Assembly: GCA_002402635.1 (NCBI GenBank)
Contig: DHGE01000126.1
Coordinates: 893 to 64,892, forward strand
DNA length: 64,000 nucleotides
Source: Deferribacterales bacterium UBA4806
GTDB taxonomy: Bacteria; Chrysiogenota; Deferribacteres; Deferribacterales; UBA228
Direction: 5' to 3'
Part shown: one piece after another, positions 42,619 through 51,530 of the stretch
Layout: each line of letters begins with the position of its first letter
Numbering within the stretch: position 1 is the first letter of the stretch
Translations under genes and position numbers: made by a program
Notes under the pieces: generated by a model
The model's input: only the letters and a program-made list of their open reading frames with translations
Database searches by the model: none
Told to the model about the DNA's origin: nothing

Positions 42619-44319
42619 TTATAATATTCTCAATACCTCTTCTACTGTGGTTTTACCTTGCTTTATTTTTTCCATAGCGTGGTCTTTAAGGGTTTTCATC
42701 CCCTGTTCTTTTCTAGCTATCTCTTCCAGTTCCTCAATTATTTTATTTTGTAACAAGGCTTTTTTTAATTCCTTATCAAACCTCACCATTTCGAATATTC
42801 CAGTCCTTCCCTTAAATCCTGTGCCATTACACTTTTCACAGCCTCTCCCCTTCATCGGGATAAATGAATTTAGTTCATCTTTATTAAATCCAAAATTTAT
42901 TAAAAATTCTTCGGTATATTCATTATTCTCAGTTTTACAATTAGGACAGATAGTTCTTATTAAACGCTGGGCTATAGCAAGTTCCATAGTACTGGTTATC
43001 AAAAACCTTTCAATTCCCATATTAAAAAATCTGTCAATAGTTCCTATAGCATTGTTTGTATGTAATGTTGATAAGGTTAAATGTCCAGTTAAGGAGCATT
43101 GCATAGTCCCCAAAGCTGTTTCCCTATCTCTTATCTCTCCTACCATTATAATATCGGGGTCTTGTCTCAAAAAGGTTCTGATAATTCTATTATAAGTCAT
43201 ACCTGTTGCTTCGTTTATCTGACTCTGGTTTATTCCCAGAATATCATATTCAATAGGGTCTTCCACTGTGAGTACGTGTTTATGGTTTTCGTTTAACTTG
43301 TTTAGTATAGCATATAGAGTGGTAGATTTCCCCATACTTGTAGCACCTGTTACCACTATCAATCCTGTACTTTTATTTATACTGGAGTCTATTATTTTCA
43401 AGTGGTCTTCATTCATTCCCAATTTTTCCATATCTAGCAGGTATTTTTCTTTAACTAATAATCTTAAAGCTACCTTTTCTCCATAAAGTGTAGGCAATGT
43501 AGATACTCTAACATCTACCAATTTATTTTTAATAGTTATAAATATTTTTCCATCTTGAGGCATAAGTTTATTAGCTATGTCCATCCTCGCTATTAATTTA
43601 CATCGACTAATAAGAGGACTTTTTATTTTAGCGGGTAGGTTTATTATTTCTTGTAAAATCCCATCAATTCGCATTCTAATTCTACAATGGTCTTTATAAG
43701 GTTCTATATGTATATCTGTAGCATTGTCCCGTATGGCTATGTCTAACAAATTATTTAGTAAATTGATAATTGGGGCTTCATCTTTTGTAACGTTTATGGT
43801 GGTTAAATCTAATACAGGTATCTTTCTTTCTTCGGACTCCTCTTGTATGTCCTTGAAATAATCTTGCCTTAAATATTTCTGTAATTCTTTTTTTCCAATT
43901 CGATTTTGTATTGCTTGGTCTATATATTTTTCAAGTTCGATATAGAATTCAATCTTTTTACCTACTATGAATTCAATTTCGTTTTTTATTGTTAAGTCAG
44001 CTACATTACCGCAGGCAACTTTTATGGTATTTCCTACCATATCGAAGGGGACTATTTTATATTTTTCGCATATCTCATCACTGATTAAGGTATTTATTTC
44101 GGGTTTTATGTTAACTTTGTTTAAGTTCACATAAGGAACACCAGTTTGCTCACTTAAGGCTTTCAATATTTCTTCTTTCGGAACATACCCTAAACTATCC
44201 AAAATTGAACCAACTTTTTTACCACATTTATTCTGTATGTCTAGGATTTCTTTTATCTGGGTGTCAGTTAATAATCCCTTGTTTTTAAGGATTTTTAATA
44301 ATTTGTTATAGTTGGTCAT
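42619..44319 (-). CDS. pilB: PilB/GspE-family secretion/type IV pilus ATPase with N-terminal MshEN/T2SSE_N domain
   Basis: VTGATSMGKSTTLYA (Walker A), IMVGEIRD (Walker B region), LSTLHTN (His box), tetracysteine CPNC...CEKC. Confidence 0.9.
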   Translation of the reverse strand: MTNYNKLLKILKNKGLLTDTQIKEILDIQNKCGKKVGSILDSLGYVPKEEILKALSEQTGVPYVNLNKVNIKPEINTLISDEICEKYKIVPFDMVGNTIKVACGNVADLTIKNEIEFIVGKKIEFYIELEKYIDQAIQNRIGKKELQKYLRQDYFKDIQEESEERKIPVLDLTTINVTKDEAPIINLLNNLLDIAIRDNATDIHIEPYKDHCRIRMRIDGILQEIINLPAKIKSPLISRCKLIARMDIANKLMPQDGKIFITIKNKLVDVRVSTLPTLYGEKVALRLLVKEKYLLDMEKLGMNEDHLKIIDSSINKSTGLIVVTGATSMGKSTTLYAILNKLNENHKHVLTVEDPIEYDILGINQSQINEATGMTYNRIIRTFLRQDPDIIMVGEIRDRETALGTMQCSLTGHLTLSTLHTNNAIGTIDRFFNMGIERFLITSTMELAIAQRLIRTICPNCKTENNEYTEEFLINFGFNKDELNSFIPMKGRGCEKCNGTGFKGRTGIFEMVRFDKELKKALLQNKIIEELEEIARKEQGMKTLKDHAMEKIKQGKTTVEEVLRIL

Positions 44320-44609
44320 TTTCTTGTTTTAGATAAAGTTTAATTACTCTTTCATACTCTTCAAGTTTGTTTAAGTTTATATAAGGAATATTTGTCTGTT
44401 CCTTTAAAGCTTTTAATATCTCTTTTTTCGGGGCATAGTTTTGATTATATAAAATGGAGATAATTTTTTCCCCAGTTTTGTTTTGTATATCTAAAATTTC
44501 CTTTATCTGGACATCGGTCAATAATCCTTTATCCTTAAGGATTTTTAAAATTTTATTGGTTTTCATTCTTATACCTTAGATAAAGCTTGATTATCCTCTC
44601 ATATTCTTC
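44116..44609 (-). repeat. diverged tandem duplication (units 44366-44609 and 44116-44365)
   Basis: Each unit runs from ..EEYER.IKLYL..stop through M..N.LKILK.KGLLTD.QIKEILDIQNK....NLNK. Both junctions keep a 14-nt stop/start overlap. Confidence 0.7.
44306..44566 (-). CDS. stand-alone MshEN/T2SSE_N-like domain protein (chimeric product of a tandem duplication)
   Basis: Residues 1-68 align colinearly with PilB residues 1-68. The last 19 aa (LEEYERVIKLYLKQENDQL) match the C-terminus of the upstream lipoprotein. Confidence 0.6.
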   Translation of the reverse strand: MKTNKILKILKDKGLLTDVQIKEILDIQNKTGEKIISILYNQNYAPKKEILKALKEQTNIPYINLNKLEEYERVIKLYLKQENDQL

Positions 44610-44867
44610 AATAGTGTTTTCATATCCTCTTTTATTATCAATCAGGTTTTGTAAATCCATATTATCCATACACCATTTGGTTTGGTTATCTACTATATAT
44701 TTTCTAACCATAACTTCTTTTAAATCAGGTCTTTCAACCAAGGTTAAATCGGGTAGTTCAGATTTAATATAAATGTATTTATATACTGGTTCCTTTACAG
44801 TTTTGGTACAAGCTAAAATAGTAAATAGTAAACCTATTAAAATTAATTTTTTCACGGTTGTCCCCAC
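44553..44867 (-). CDS. lipoprotein (o-spanin-like or PilP-like)
   Basis: Signal peptide plus lipobox: KKLILIGLLFTILAC. Confidence 0.5.
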   Translation of the reverse strand: MGTTVKKLILIGLLFTILACTKTVKEPVYKYIYIKSELPDLTLVERPDLKEVMVRKYIVDNQTKWCMDNMDLQNLIDNKRGYENTIEEYERIIKLYLRYKNENQ

Positions 44868-45196
44868 TTTCCTAAATCAATTTCATCTTTGTCATTTAGA
44901 TTAATATTAGGTAGTCCTTGTTTTTGTCTTTCCTCTTTTATTTGCCTATTTATTTCCTTTAACAATAAATCATCCTGTAATTTTTTATCTAATATTTCTT
45001 TGTTTTCCTGGTTAACCTCTATTAGGTCATCTACTTTTTTCTCACTTGTTTTTAGGTCTTTATTTAATCCTTCTATTTTTTTGTTTTTGAATTTTAGCAG
45101 GGTATATAATACTCCTATTATAGCAGTCCAAATTAGGTATGTGTTTGTTTTTAAGAATTCCCAGATTTTCTTTATAATTTCTATAAAACTCATCAT
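44852..45196 (-). CDS. bitopic membrane coiled-coil protein (i-spanin-like)
   Basis: N-terminal TM (YLIWTAIIGVLYTLL) followed by a coiled coil. Overlaps the downstream lipoprotein gene by 16 nt. Confidence 0.4.
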   Translation of the reverse strand: MMSFIEIIKKIWEFLKTNTYLIWTAIIGVLYTLLKFKNKKIEGLNKDLKTSEKKVDDLIEVNQENKEILDKKLQDDLLLKEINRQIKEERQKQGLPNINLNDKDEIDLGKWGQP

Positions 45197-45897
45197 AGCC
45201 TCCTTATCTCTACCTTTTTAAAATTATTTGTATTGAATGATTTTAAATCCACATCTACATTGTCCCCTATCAGAAAATGTAATTCAACTTTGTTAGTATT
45301 TACTAAAATTGTATTTATTACGTTTATCTGCTTTTTTATATATTCGGTTATATTTAAAATTTCCGGTAGGATTATTATTGGTACTTTTTCATTAGTGAAG
45401 GTATAAAAATAAGTTTTGTTGCTATAATCTAACCTCTTTATAGTGGAGCAATTTACATTAGTTTCCTTTACCAATAACATTAGATAATATACATCATATA
45501 CCACGGTGTTTAAGGTACAAATATAATTTTTATATAACTCGTCCTTGCTCAGATAAGAGGGCTGACTAAAAAATCCGATTATCTTTTTTGCTATTATATT
45601 GTTCAGGTAGTAATCAAATAGCAACGTTATTAATTTTTGATATCTATAAGGGACATTATTAATGGGTTTTTCTAAGAAGTATATAAAACGGTTTAAAATG
45701 GTGTCTGCTACTTCCTTTTTGTTTATACAGCTATAAAATTCAAAACAGTTGCTTAGAGATAATAGTAAATTAGTATGGGTTATGCTATATGAATTAAATA
45801 ACACTCGTTTAAATTTCGGTTCTTTTCTTAGGTTTATCTGGTAATATTTAATTTCGTTTATTTTGCTTTCTAAAAGCTTGTAATAATTTATTTGCAT
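45193..45897 (-). CDS. hypothetical protein
   Basis: ORF in the tiling. Confidence 0.5.
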   Translation of the reverse strand: MQINYYKLLESKINEIKYYQINLRKEPKFKRVLFNSYSITHTNLLLSLSNCFEFYSCINKKEVADTILNRFIYFLEKPINNVPYRYQKLITLLFDYYLNNIIAKKIIGFFSQPSYLSKDELYKNYICTLNTVVYDVYYLMLLVKETNVNCSTIKRLDYSNKTYFYTFTNEKVPIIILPEILNITEYIKKQINVINTILVNTNKVELHFLIGDNVDVDLKSFNTNNFKKVEIRRL

Positions 45898-46145
45898 TAT
45901 TTTTTATAGACCTCACATCTAATGTTAATCTCTTTTATTTTGTCTTCAATATTTTTTACAGATTTTTCTATTTCATTTAGTTGTTTTTCCACTTTGTTAA
46001 TAGTCTCCATATTTTTATCCACTAGTTTATCGTATTTGCGCATCTTTGGGACTGCTTGAGTGGTTATGAAAAAAGTTAGAAAACAGATAACTATTACATA
46101 TATAATGGTACTTAAATTTCCGTATAATAATAATTGGTCTAACAA
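45897..46145 (-). CDS. small bitopic membrane protein with coiled coil
   Basis: TM helix IIYVIVICFLTFFITT. TTG start with a GGAGGGG RBS. Confidence 0.45.
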   Translation of the reverse strand: MLDQLLLYGNLSTIIYVIVICFLTFFITTQAVPKMRKYDKLVDKNMETINKVEKQLNEIEKSVKNIEDKIKEINIRCEVYKK

Positions 46146-46154
46146 AATCCCCTC

Positions 46155-46469
46155 CTATTGCTCGGTAAACTTAGAACAGCTTTTATTTAGGTTTTGAATC
46201 CATACTTCCATAACTTTACTTTCCTTGTGATAGTCTGGTATTTTTATAATTACTTTGTAATAGGAAGGTTCTGTCTCTTCTACATAGCAAATATTGTCAA
46301 TACAAATCCTTGTAGCACATACTATTTTTTGAAATTCATCTTTATTGTTATTTTTCAGATTATTTGCAGTAAAATTTATTTTAAAAGTGTAACCTATTAA
46401 CAATAAGATAAATACACAAAACACAGCATACATCCAATATTCCTTTAAAATTTTAATAAAAGATGTCAA
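46155..46469 (-). CDS. small bitopic membrane protein
   Basis: TM helix WMYAVFCVFILLLIGYTF. Confidence 0.45.
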   Translation of the reverse strand: MTSFIKILKEYWMYAVFCVFILLLIGYTFKINFTANNLKNNNKDEFQKIVCATRICIDNICYVEETEPSYYKVIIKIPDYHKESKVMEVWIQNLNKSCSKFTEQ

Positions 46470-47448
46470 TTAAGTCCCCTCCTTTGTTATAAATATAGTC
46501 TAGCCTTAAGTCATTTAATCTATTTTGATTTATCCCGAGGTATGAAGGTGGTGTTATTTGAACACCTTTTTCGGGATAATTTAGTATTAAATTTATTGCT
46601 AATATACTTAGTTCACTTCGTCTAGGTGATACTCCGATAGCTCCACCATATTGTATTCCATCCAGATTTAAAAATACTTCTAGGTGTTTTACATTGTATT
46701 GAGTAAAAATATCTACTATTTCCTTTTTTGTAGCGAATCTGTTTTTTTCCGCATTAATTAAATTTACTAGACAGGATATAATTAAGCCTTTATAGTTTTG
46801 GTTCAATTTTGTTAACTCTCTTTTCAGCTCCCTTGAATTGCTAATTTGTATTACCACTGGTTTTTTAAAAGTATAAAGAGCATTTACATAATTGTTTATT
46901 TGTGGCATAATAGTTTTCAAATAAACAATGGACTGGGGACTCGTATCCGTAAAGATGTATAGATTATCTAGGACAAAGTTTGTTTTCTGTATTAAATTGA
47001 ATAGTTTAGTTAGGTTTGGGATATAATATATTATATTATAGTTTTTAAGTTTTTCGTTGAACATCTCTTTATCAACATAACTCAAACCTGTTATGATATA
47101 TTTATCTTTTTCATTTATCATTCCATTTTTATACATTATATTAAAAGCCATATCATCCATTATTATCACATAATTATATTTTATTTTGCCTAGAAAATTT
47201 TGTATATATACGGCTTCGTTTGCGCTAGGAGGGTTTGGTATATAGTATGTAGATATTTTATAATCAAAATTGCTAGTATTCTCAATTCCAGCTAGGGTAA
47301 ATTTTAACGCGCCCATTTTTTTATAAGTGATTACATTACAGATGGGGTAGCTTGCTACTACTGCTATGGTAATGGGTATTTTATGGTTCTGTGTATTAGC
47401 AGATAAGATAAATAAGAATATAAAAATTAATAATAATATTTTTTTCAT
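46453..47448 (-). CDS. secreted protein, possibly periplasmic-binding-protein-like
   Basis: Signal peptide MKKILLLIFIFLFILSA. Alternating beta/alpha character. Weak call. Confidence 0.45.
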   Translation of the reverse strand: MKKILLLIFIFLFILSANTQNHKIPITIAVVASYPICNVITYKKMGALKFTLAGIENTSNFDYKISTYYIPNPPSANEAVYIQNFLGKIKYNYVIIMDDMAFNIMYKNGMINEKDKYIITGLSYVDKEMFNEKLKNYNIIYYIPNLTKLFNLIQKTNFVLDNLYIFTDTSPQSIVYLKTIMPQINNYVNALYTFKKPVVIQISNSRELKRELTKLNQNYKGLIISCLVNLINAEKNRFATKKEIVDIFTQYNVKHLEVFLNLDGIQYGGAIGVSPRRSELSILAINLILNYPEKGVQITPPSYLGINQNRLNDLRLDYIYNKGGDLIDIFY

Positions 47449-47771
47449 TGTATTTTTAATATTTCCCTTATTTTATTAAATATATTTCTTAATCCAATTT
47501 CATACAGCCCCAAACTGGTACAGGCTATCATAATCATATCCTGTAAATTGAACAAGAATTCATCAGCTATTAAATTTAAGGAATAGCATATTAGAAAGCT
47601 ATATACCAAAATTACAGTTCTATAAATTGCGGCTTGTATATTTATGGGCAAATATTGCATTTTCTTTTCTTCAGGTATTAAATCCTTAGCAATCTGAAAA
47701 GTAATGTTTATGAAAAGTGAAATTGCTATTAGGTTTTTATCTAAAAATAATTGTATAAATTTTTCAAACAT
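47445..47771 (-). CDS. small multi-TM membrane protein (holin candidate)
   Basis: Three hydrophobic segments and a charged C-terminus. Confidence 0.35.
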   Translation of the reverse strand: MFEKFIQLFLDKNLIAISLFINITFQIAKDLIPEEKKMQYLPINIQAAIYRTVILVYSFLICYSLNLIADEFLFNLQDMIMIACTSLGLYEIGLRNIFNKIREILKIQ

Positions 47772-47779
47772 ATTTTCTC

Positions 47780-48472
47780 CTATATTAAAATTGAAGTTGT
47801 AGGGATATTAGTACAATATTCAGGAATAAATAGAATAGCACCTGCTCCTATCGTAGTTCCGCTATTATCATCATAGGCTCCGCCGCCAGGGGGTCTTCCA
47901 TTGTTTGAAGTATTTGTATATCCATTATAACTATTTTGTCCACCAATCCCATATAATTGTGAGGCGTAGGTAGAAGTATATAAATTATATAGATAACTAA
48001 TCCCGCCTACATTTCCGCCTTTATTTCCATCACCATTTTGTCCATTTTCATAAGCAAGTACTTTAGCATAATCAGTCTGTACAAAATTAGTAACAACAGT
48101 TCCACCATTGTTTACATTTCCATTACCACCTTGGTTAACTTGATAAGTATTACCTTTAAAAGTTATTCTAAAATACCCAGCAGTGGTGGTATTATTTGTT
48201 CTCATTGTAGCTACACAGGTTTCGTATGGGCGTAGGATTAATTGTAGTAACATAAAACCTCCACCTCCACCTCCTGTATCTTTCCCTAATGCCCCGGCAG
48301 AACTTGACCAAATGTATATATTAACTTTTCTGATATTTTTATAAAAGGTAGGAGGGTATATATATGTTATATCGGAATTTATTGCTGAGGTAGTAATTCT
48401 TATTCCTTCTATTTGTTTATTGGGTTTATTGTTTCCCATAAATAAGGCTATTAAACCATTGTTAAATCCCAT
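47780..48472 (-). CDS. glycine-rich fibre-associated protein
   Basis: GKDTGGGGGGFMLLQL and further G/N-rich tracts. Confidence 0.5.
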   Translation of the reverse strand: MGFNNGLIALFMGNNKPNKQIEGIRITTSAINSDITYIYPPTFYKNIRKVNIYIWSSSAGALGKDTGGGGGGFMLLQLILRPYETCVATMRTNNTTTAGYFRITFKGNTYQVNQGGNGNVNNGGTVVTNFVQTDYAKVLAYENGQNGDGNKGGNVGGISYLYNLYTSTYASQLYGIGGQNSYNGYTNTSNNGRPPGGGAYDDNSGTTIGAGAILFIPEYCTNIPTTSILI

Positions 48473-49148
48473 CTACAAATAACCTCTCATAGTATTCATT
48501 AATTTCATATTTTAAATAACACACATAATCTCTTAATTTAAAAATAAATTTTCCTGTATAAAACCTTTCTATATCTATATCATTTACGCATTTATAAAAC
48601 CTATATTTATTTAGTTCCAATTCAGATAAATGTTTGAATCCACTTATATTTTCATAGGTCTCAGGTAGTCTTATATGAAATAAATTATTACCTGCTTCAT
48701 ACCATTGTGGGATTATAGCAGGTATATTTTTAAGTGCATTGTATAATTTATCATTGTTTTTTAAGGTGTTTATAAATATATCCTGTTCATCTTTATTTAA
48801 GCTATCAAATAAATTTCCTGTAGTTACATTATTATAATCGTATTTTTGTTTTGTTATTAATATAAATATAGCATATAAAGTTTCAGGGTATTCACTTAAT
48901 TTTTGTAGTATTAGTTTATAGGAAGTATCTGGTATTGCATTTTTGAAGGTTGCTGTATAAAATAAATCCTTGTCCGTATAAAGATTTTGTTGCAATTTTT
49001 GATTGAATAAACTTACAAAAGTACCCCAATCCATATCTACATTATTTACAATATCCTGTCCAAGTTGACAATTAATATTTATGGGTACCTTATTTTTGTT
49101 AAAATAATTTAAAGAATCACCTACTGTATTAAATTCCATTATCATCAT
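48462..49148 (-). CDS. hypothetical protein (fibre module)
   Basis: ORF in the tiling. Confidence 0.5.
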   Translation of the reverse strand: MMIMEFNTVGDSLNYFNKNKVPININCQLGQDIVNNVDMDWGTFVSLFNQKLQQNLYTDKDLFYTATFKNAIPDTSYKLILQKLSEYPETLYAIFILITKQKYDYNNVTTGNLFDSLNKDEQDIFINTLKNNDKLYNALKNIPAIIPQWYEAGNNLFHIRLPETYENISGFKHLSELELNKYRFYKCVNDIDIERFYTGKFIFKLRDYVCYLKYEINEYYERLFVDGI

Positions 49149-50080
49149 CCAATATTATAAGCTATTATAAAGCCCACAAAACTTACACCACCATCTCTGG
49201 TCATTATTCCTACTATGTCGGTTCCGTTAGTTGTAAAAATTGGAGCCTGTTTATCCTGCCACTTAAGTCCGTTAAAAATCAAAGAGTAATTCCCGCCATT
49301 AGTCAATTCCACAATAAAGAGAGCTACGTTTCCACTTATGGGAGCATTAGCAATAGTAAAGGTAGTATTAGCTCCTACTGTAACTACAAAATAATTATTA
49401 GCACTTAAATCCAAGGTAACTGCTCCACTTGTTACAGTTCCTAAATCTGTTGCCTGTCCAAATAGATATTTGTCTGGTGTTTTATTTCCTAGCTTATTAG
49501 CGTTTTCCGCTGTTCCTGTTATGTTTATATTCTGGTTGTTTACTGCATTAATAGCCCTAGTATTTGTAAAATAAAGATTACTACCTTCTGTAACATCACT
49601 GGTGCTTATATTTCCTTTTACAGCACTGATTGCCCTTGTATTAGTAAAATAAAGATTACTATCTTCCGTAACATCACTGGTGCTAATATTTCCCTTAACT
49701 GCATTGATAGCTAGAGTATTACTAAAATATTTGTTGGTAGTTCCTTCTATAACTTGGTCTGTATTTATATTATTTTTAACAGCATCTATTGCTCTGGTAT
49801 TTGTAAAATATAAGTTACTACCTTCGTTTATATCGGTGGTTGTTAATGTAACCGCCCCTGTTTTACTATTAACACTTGTAACAGCCCCATTGGGTAATTT
49901 TGTCCAAGTATTATTATGATAAATATATAAATCAATATTATTTATAACAGCAAAATCACCTTGTTTCATACCAGTAATATTTGTTATATCTGTAGCAGTA
50001 AACAAAATTGAAGTATCATCAATTAGTATTTCTTCAGTAAAACCATCTTCATTACTGATTTGTAAAAGTTTATGAGCCAC
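49145..50080 (-). CDS. tail fibre protein with four roughly 25-aa tandem repeats
   Basis: Repeats of EGSNLYFTNTRAI.AVKGNISTSDVT. Confidence 0.6.
   Translation of the reverse strand: MAHKLLQISNEDGFTEEILIDDTSILFTATDITNITGMKQGDFAVINNIDLYIYHNNTWTKLPNGAVTSVNSKTGAVTLTTTDINEGSNLYFTNTRAIDAVKNNINTDQVIEGTTNKYFSNTLAINAVKGNISTSDVTEDSNLYFTNTRAISAVKGNISTSDVTEGSNLYFTNTRAINAVNNQNINITGTAENANKLGNKTPDKYLFGQATDLGTVTSGAVTLDLSANNYFVVTVGANTTFTIANAPISGNVALFIVELTNGGNYSLIFNGLKWQDKQAPIFTTNGTDIVGIMTRDGGVSFVGFIIAYNIG
49538..49837 (-). repeat. in-frame tandem repeats (four units of about 75 bp) in the fibre gene
   Basis: SNLYFTNTRAIDAVK / NKYFSNTLAINAVK / SNLYFTNTRAISAVK / SNLYFTNTRAINAV. Confidence 0.75.
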
Positions 50081-50082
50081 GA

Positions 50083-50556
50083 TTAAACTCTCCTTATACC
50101 ATTACCAATATTTACTAACAATGTATTCTTATCCAAAGCTACACCTAAATATTGTAAATAAGAAATAGCTGAACTATAAAGTGCAGGTCTATGTCCACTT
50201 AAATAATAAGGTTTTCCTATTGTCAATGTTTCAGTTGTGGTATATATCCCATTCAAATATATTGTAGCTGTACCGTTTACTTCTACGTCACTTAATACAA
50301 AACCACTTGCTAATTTTGTTTTATCATTGCTATCCGCCAACCTTGTTTTTAATATATCACCAGTTGCTAAGTAAATATTTACAAAATCACCAGTACTTAA
50401 ACTTTCTTCAGTGGTTAGGTTTAAAACTTGGTTAAATGTTAAGTTATCGAAAAACTGCCTATCTATGTAGCCCTCGTTATTAAGGGCTACAAGATTATTA
50501 GGCAAGTTTGAGTTAACCTCTGTTAATAAACCATTTTGTAAAGTAATGTATTTCAA
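50083..50556 (-). CDS. small fibre/receptor-binding-like protein, paralog family member
   Basis: LSTGDFVNIY...ASGFVLSDV...IYLNGI...GKPYYLS. Confidence 0.5.
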   Translation of the reverse strand: MKYITLQNGLLTEVNSNLPNNLVALNNEGYIDRQFFDNLTFNQVLNLTTEESLSTGDFVNIYLATGDILKTRLADSNDKTKLASGFVLSDVEVNGTATIYLNGIYTTTETLTIGKPYYLSGHRPALYSSAISYLQYLGVALDKNTLLVNIGNGIRRV

Positions 50557-50559
50557 TTA

Positions 50560-51075
50560 TTATCCTTTTATAACAGGTACATCAATTTCTACAGCCATTT
50601 CTGTAGCAGATACTGCTTTCCCAATTCTTTGTACCACGTGTCCTGCTGTGGTAGGTGGTGTTAAGGATATTGCTCCAGGTGTTACATCTGATAAGAAATA
50701 AACACTACCCCCAGTTAATCCACTCAAAGCATTGTTAAATCCTGCCAAGTAAACATTAGCATCTACAGAAGCACCATAGCTTTGTAATACAAAACCATCA
50801 GCTCCTTTACCGATAGAACTAGCATCTGCCTTCCTTACCTTTATTGTTCCCGCATCAGAAAATACATTTACGAAATCCCCTGCGGCTAATGCTTCATAGG
50901 TGGGCAATACTTTTACTTCTTCACCTACACCAGTTGGTAGTAAAGAACTATCAATTTTTCCTTGCGCATCCAATGCTATAATTTTACCAGCACTATCCAC
51001 GCCTGTGCTAATACTTGTTGCTACTACCTCTTCCAAGTATCCATTTTGATTAAGTTTGATATATTTGTCTGCCAT
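50560..51075 (-). CDS. small fibre/receptor-binding-like protein, paralog family member
   Basis: LAAGDFVNVF...ADGFVLQSY...VYLAGF...GSVYFLS. Confidence 0.5.
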   Translation of the reverse strand: MADKYIKLNQNGYLEEVVATSISTGVDSAGKIIALDAQGKIDSSLLPTGVGEEVKVLPTYEALAAGDFVNVFSDAGTIKVRKADASSIGKGADGFVLQSYGASVDANVYLAGFNNALSGLTGGSVYFLSDVTPGAISLTPPTTAGHVVQRIGKAVSATEMAVEIDVPVIKG

Positions 51076-51101
51076 TTTCTAAAACCTCCTTATTATTATT
51101 T

Positions 51102-51530
51102 TTAATTTTTTACAAATGGCTCGCCTAATTTAACATAAAATGTATTTTCAGTAAAAGCTACCCCCATTCTTAATACAAAACCTGTAGTGGGTGGTACTTT
51201 AGTTAGCTCTCCTACTTCATTTACATAATATGTACTTGCTATTTCTAAATTGTAAAAACCCTGTATTATTCCTTGTTTTACTATTGTTATATTTTCATCT
51301 TTTTTAGCCCCAGTGCCTGCTATACCTACTGTTGAAAATATATTATTTATATCCTGATTATTGCTTATATATGCTTTTCCATCAGTACCTATTTTTATTA
51401 CTTTATGACTAATTATATCCTCTCCAGCTGTTAATTGTAATGTATCCGGGATAGGCAGAACAAGAACATCACGTAGGTTAACCTGTATATTTTCGTCTTT
51501 TAAATTAACAAAAATCTTATCAGTTTGCAT
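51102..51530 (-). CDS. small fibre/receptor-binding-like protein, divergent paralog
   Basis: Same length class and C-terminal pattern (ASTYYVNEVGELT). Confidence 0.4.
   Translation of the reverse strand: MQTDKIFVNLKDENIQVNLRDVLVLPIPDTLQLTAGEDIISHKVIKIGTDGKAYISNNQDINNIFSTVGIAGTGAKKDENITIVKQGIIQGFYNLEIASTYYVNEVGELTKVPPTTGFVLRMGVAFTENTFYVKLGEPFVKN

Noticed and set aside
40634-47448. The MCP/PilB island as host chromosome marking a prophage end
   Set aside because: Phage genes continue on both sides in the same compact, overlapping-gene style and composition. No integrase, tRNA or att-like repeat is visible. This cannot be fully excluded without the whole contig.
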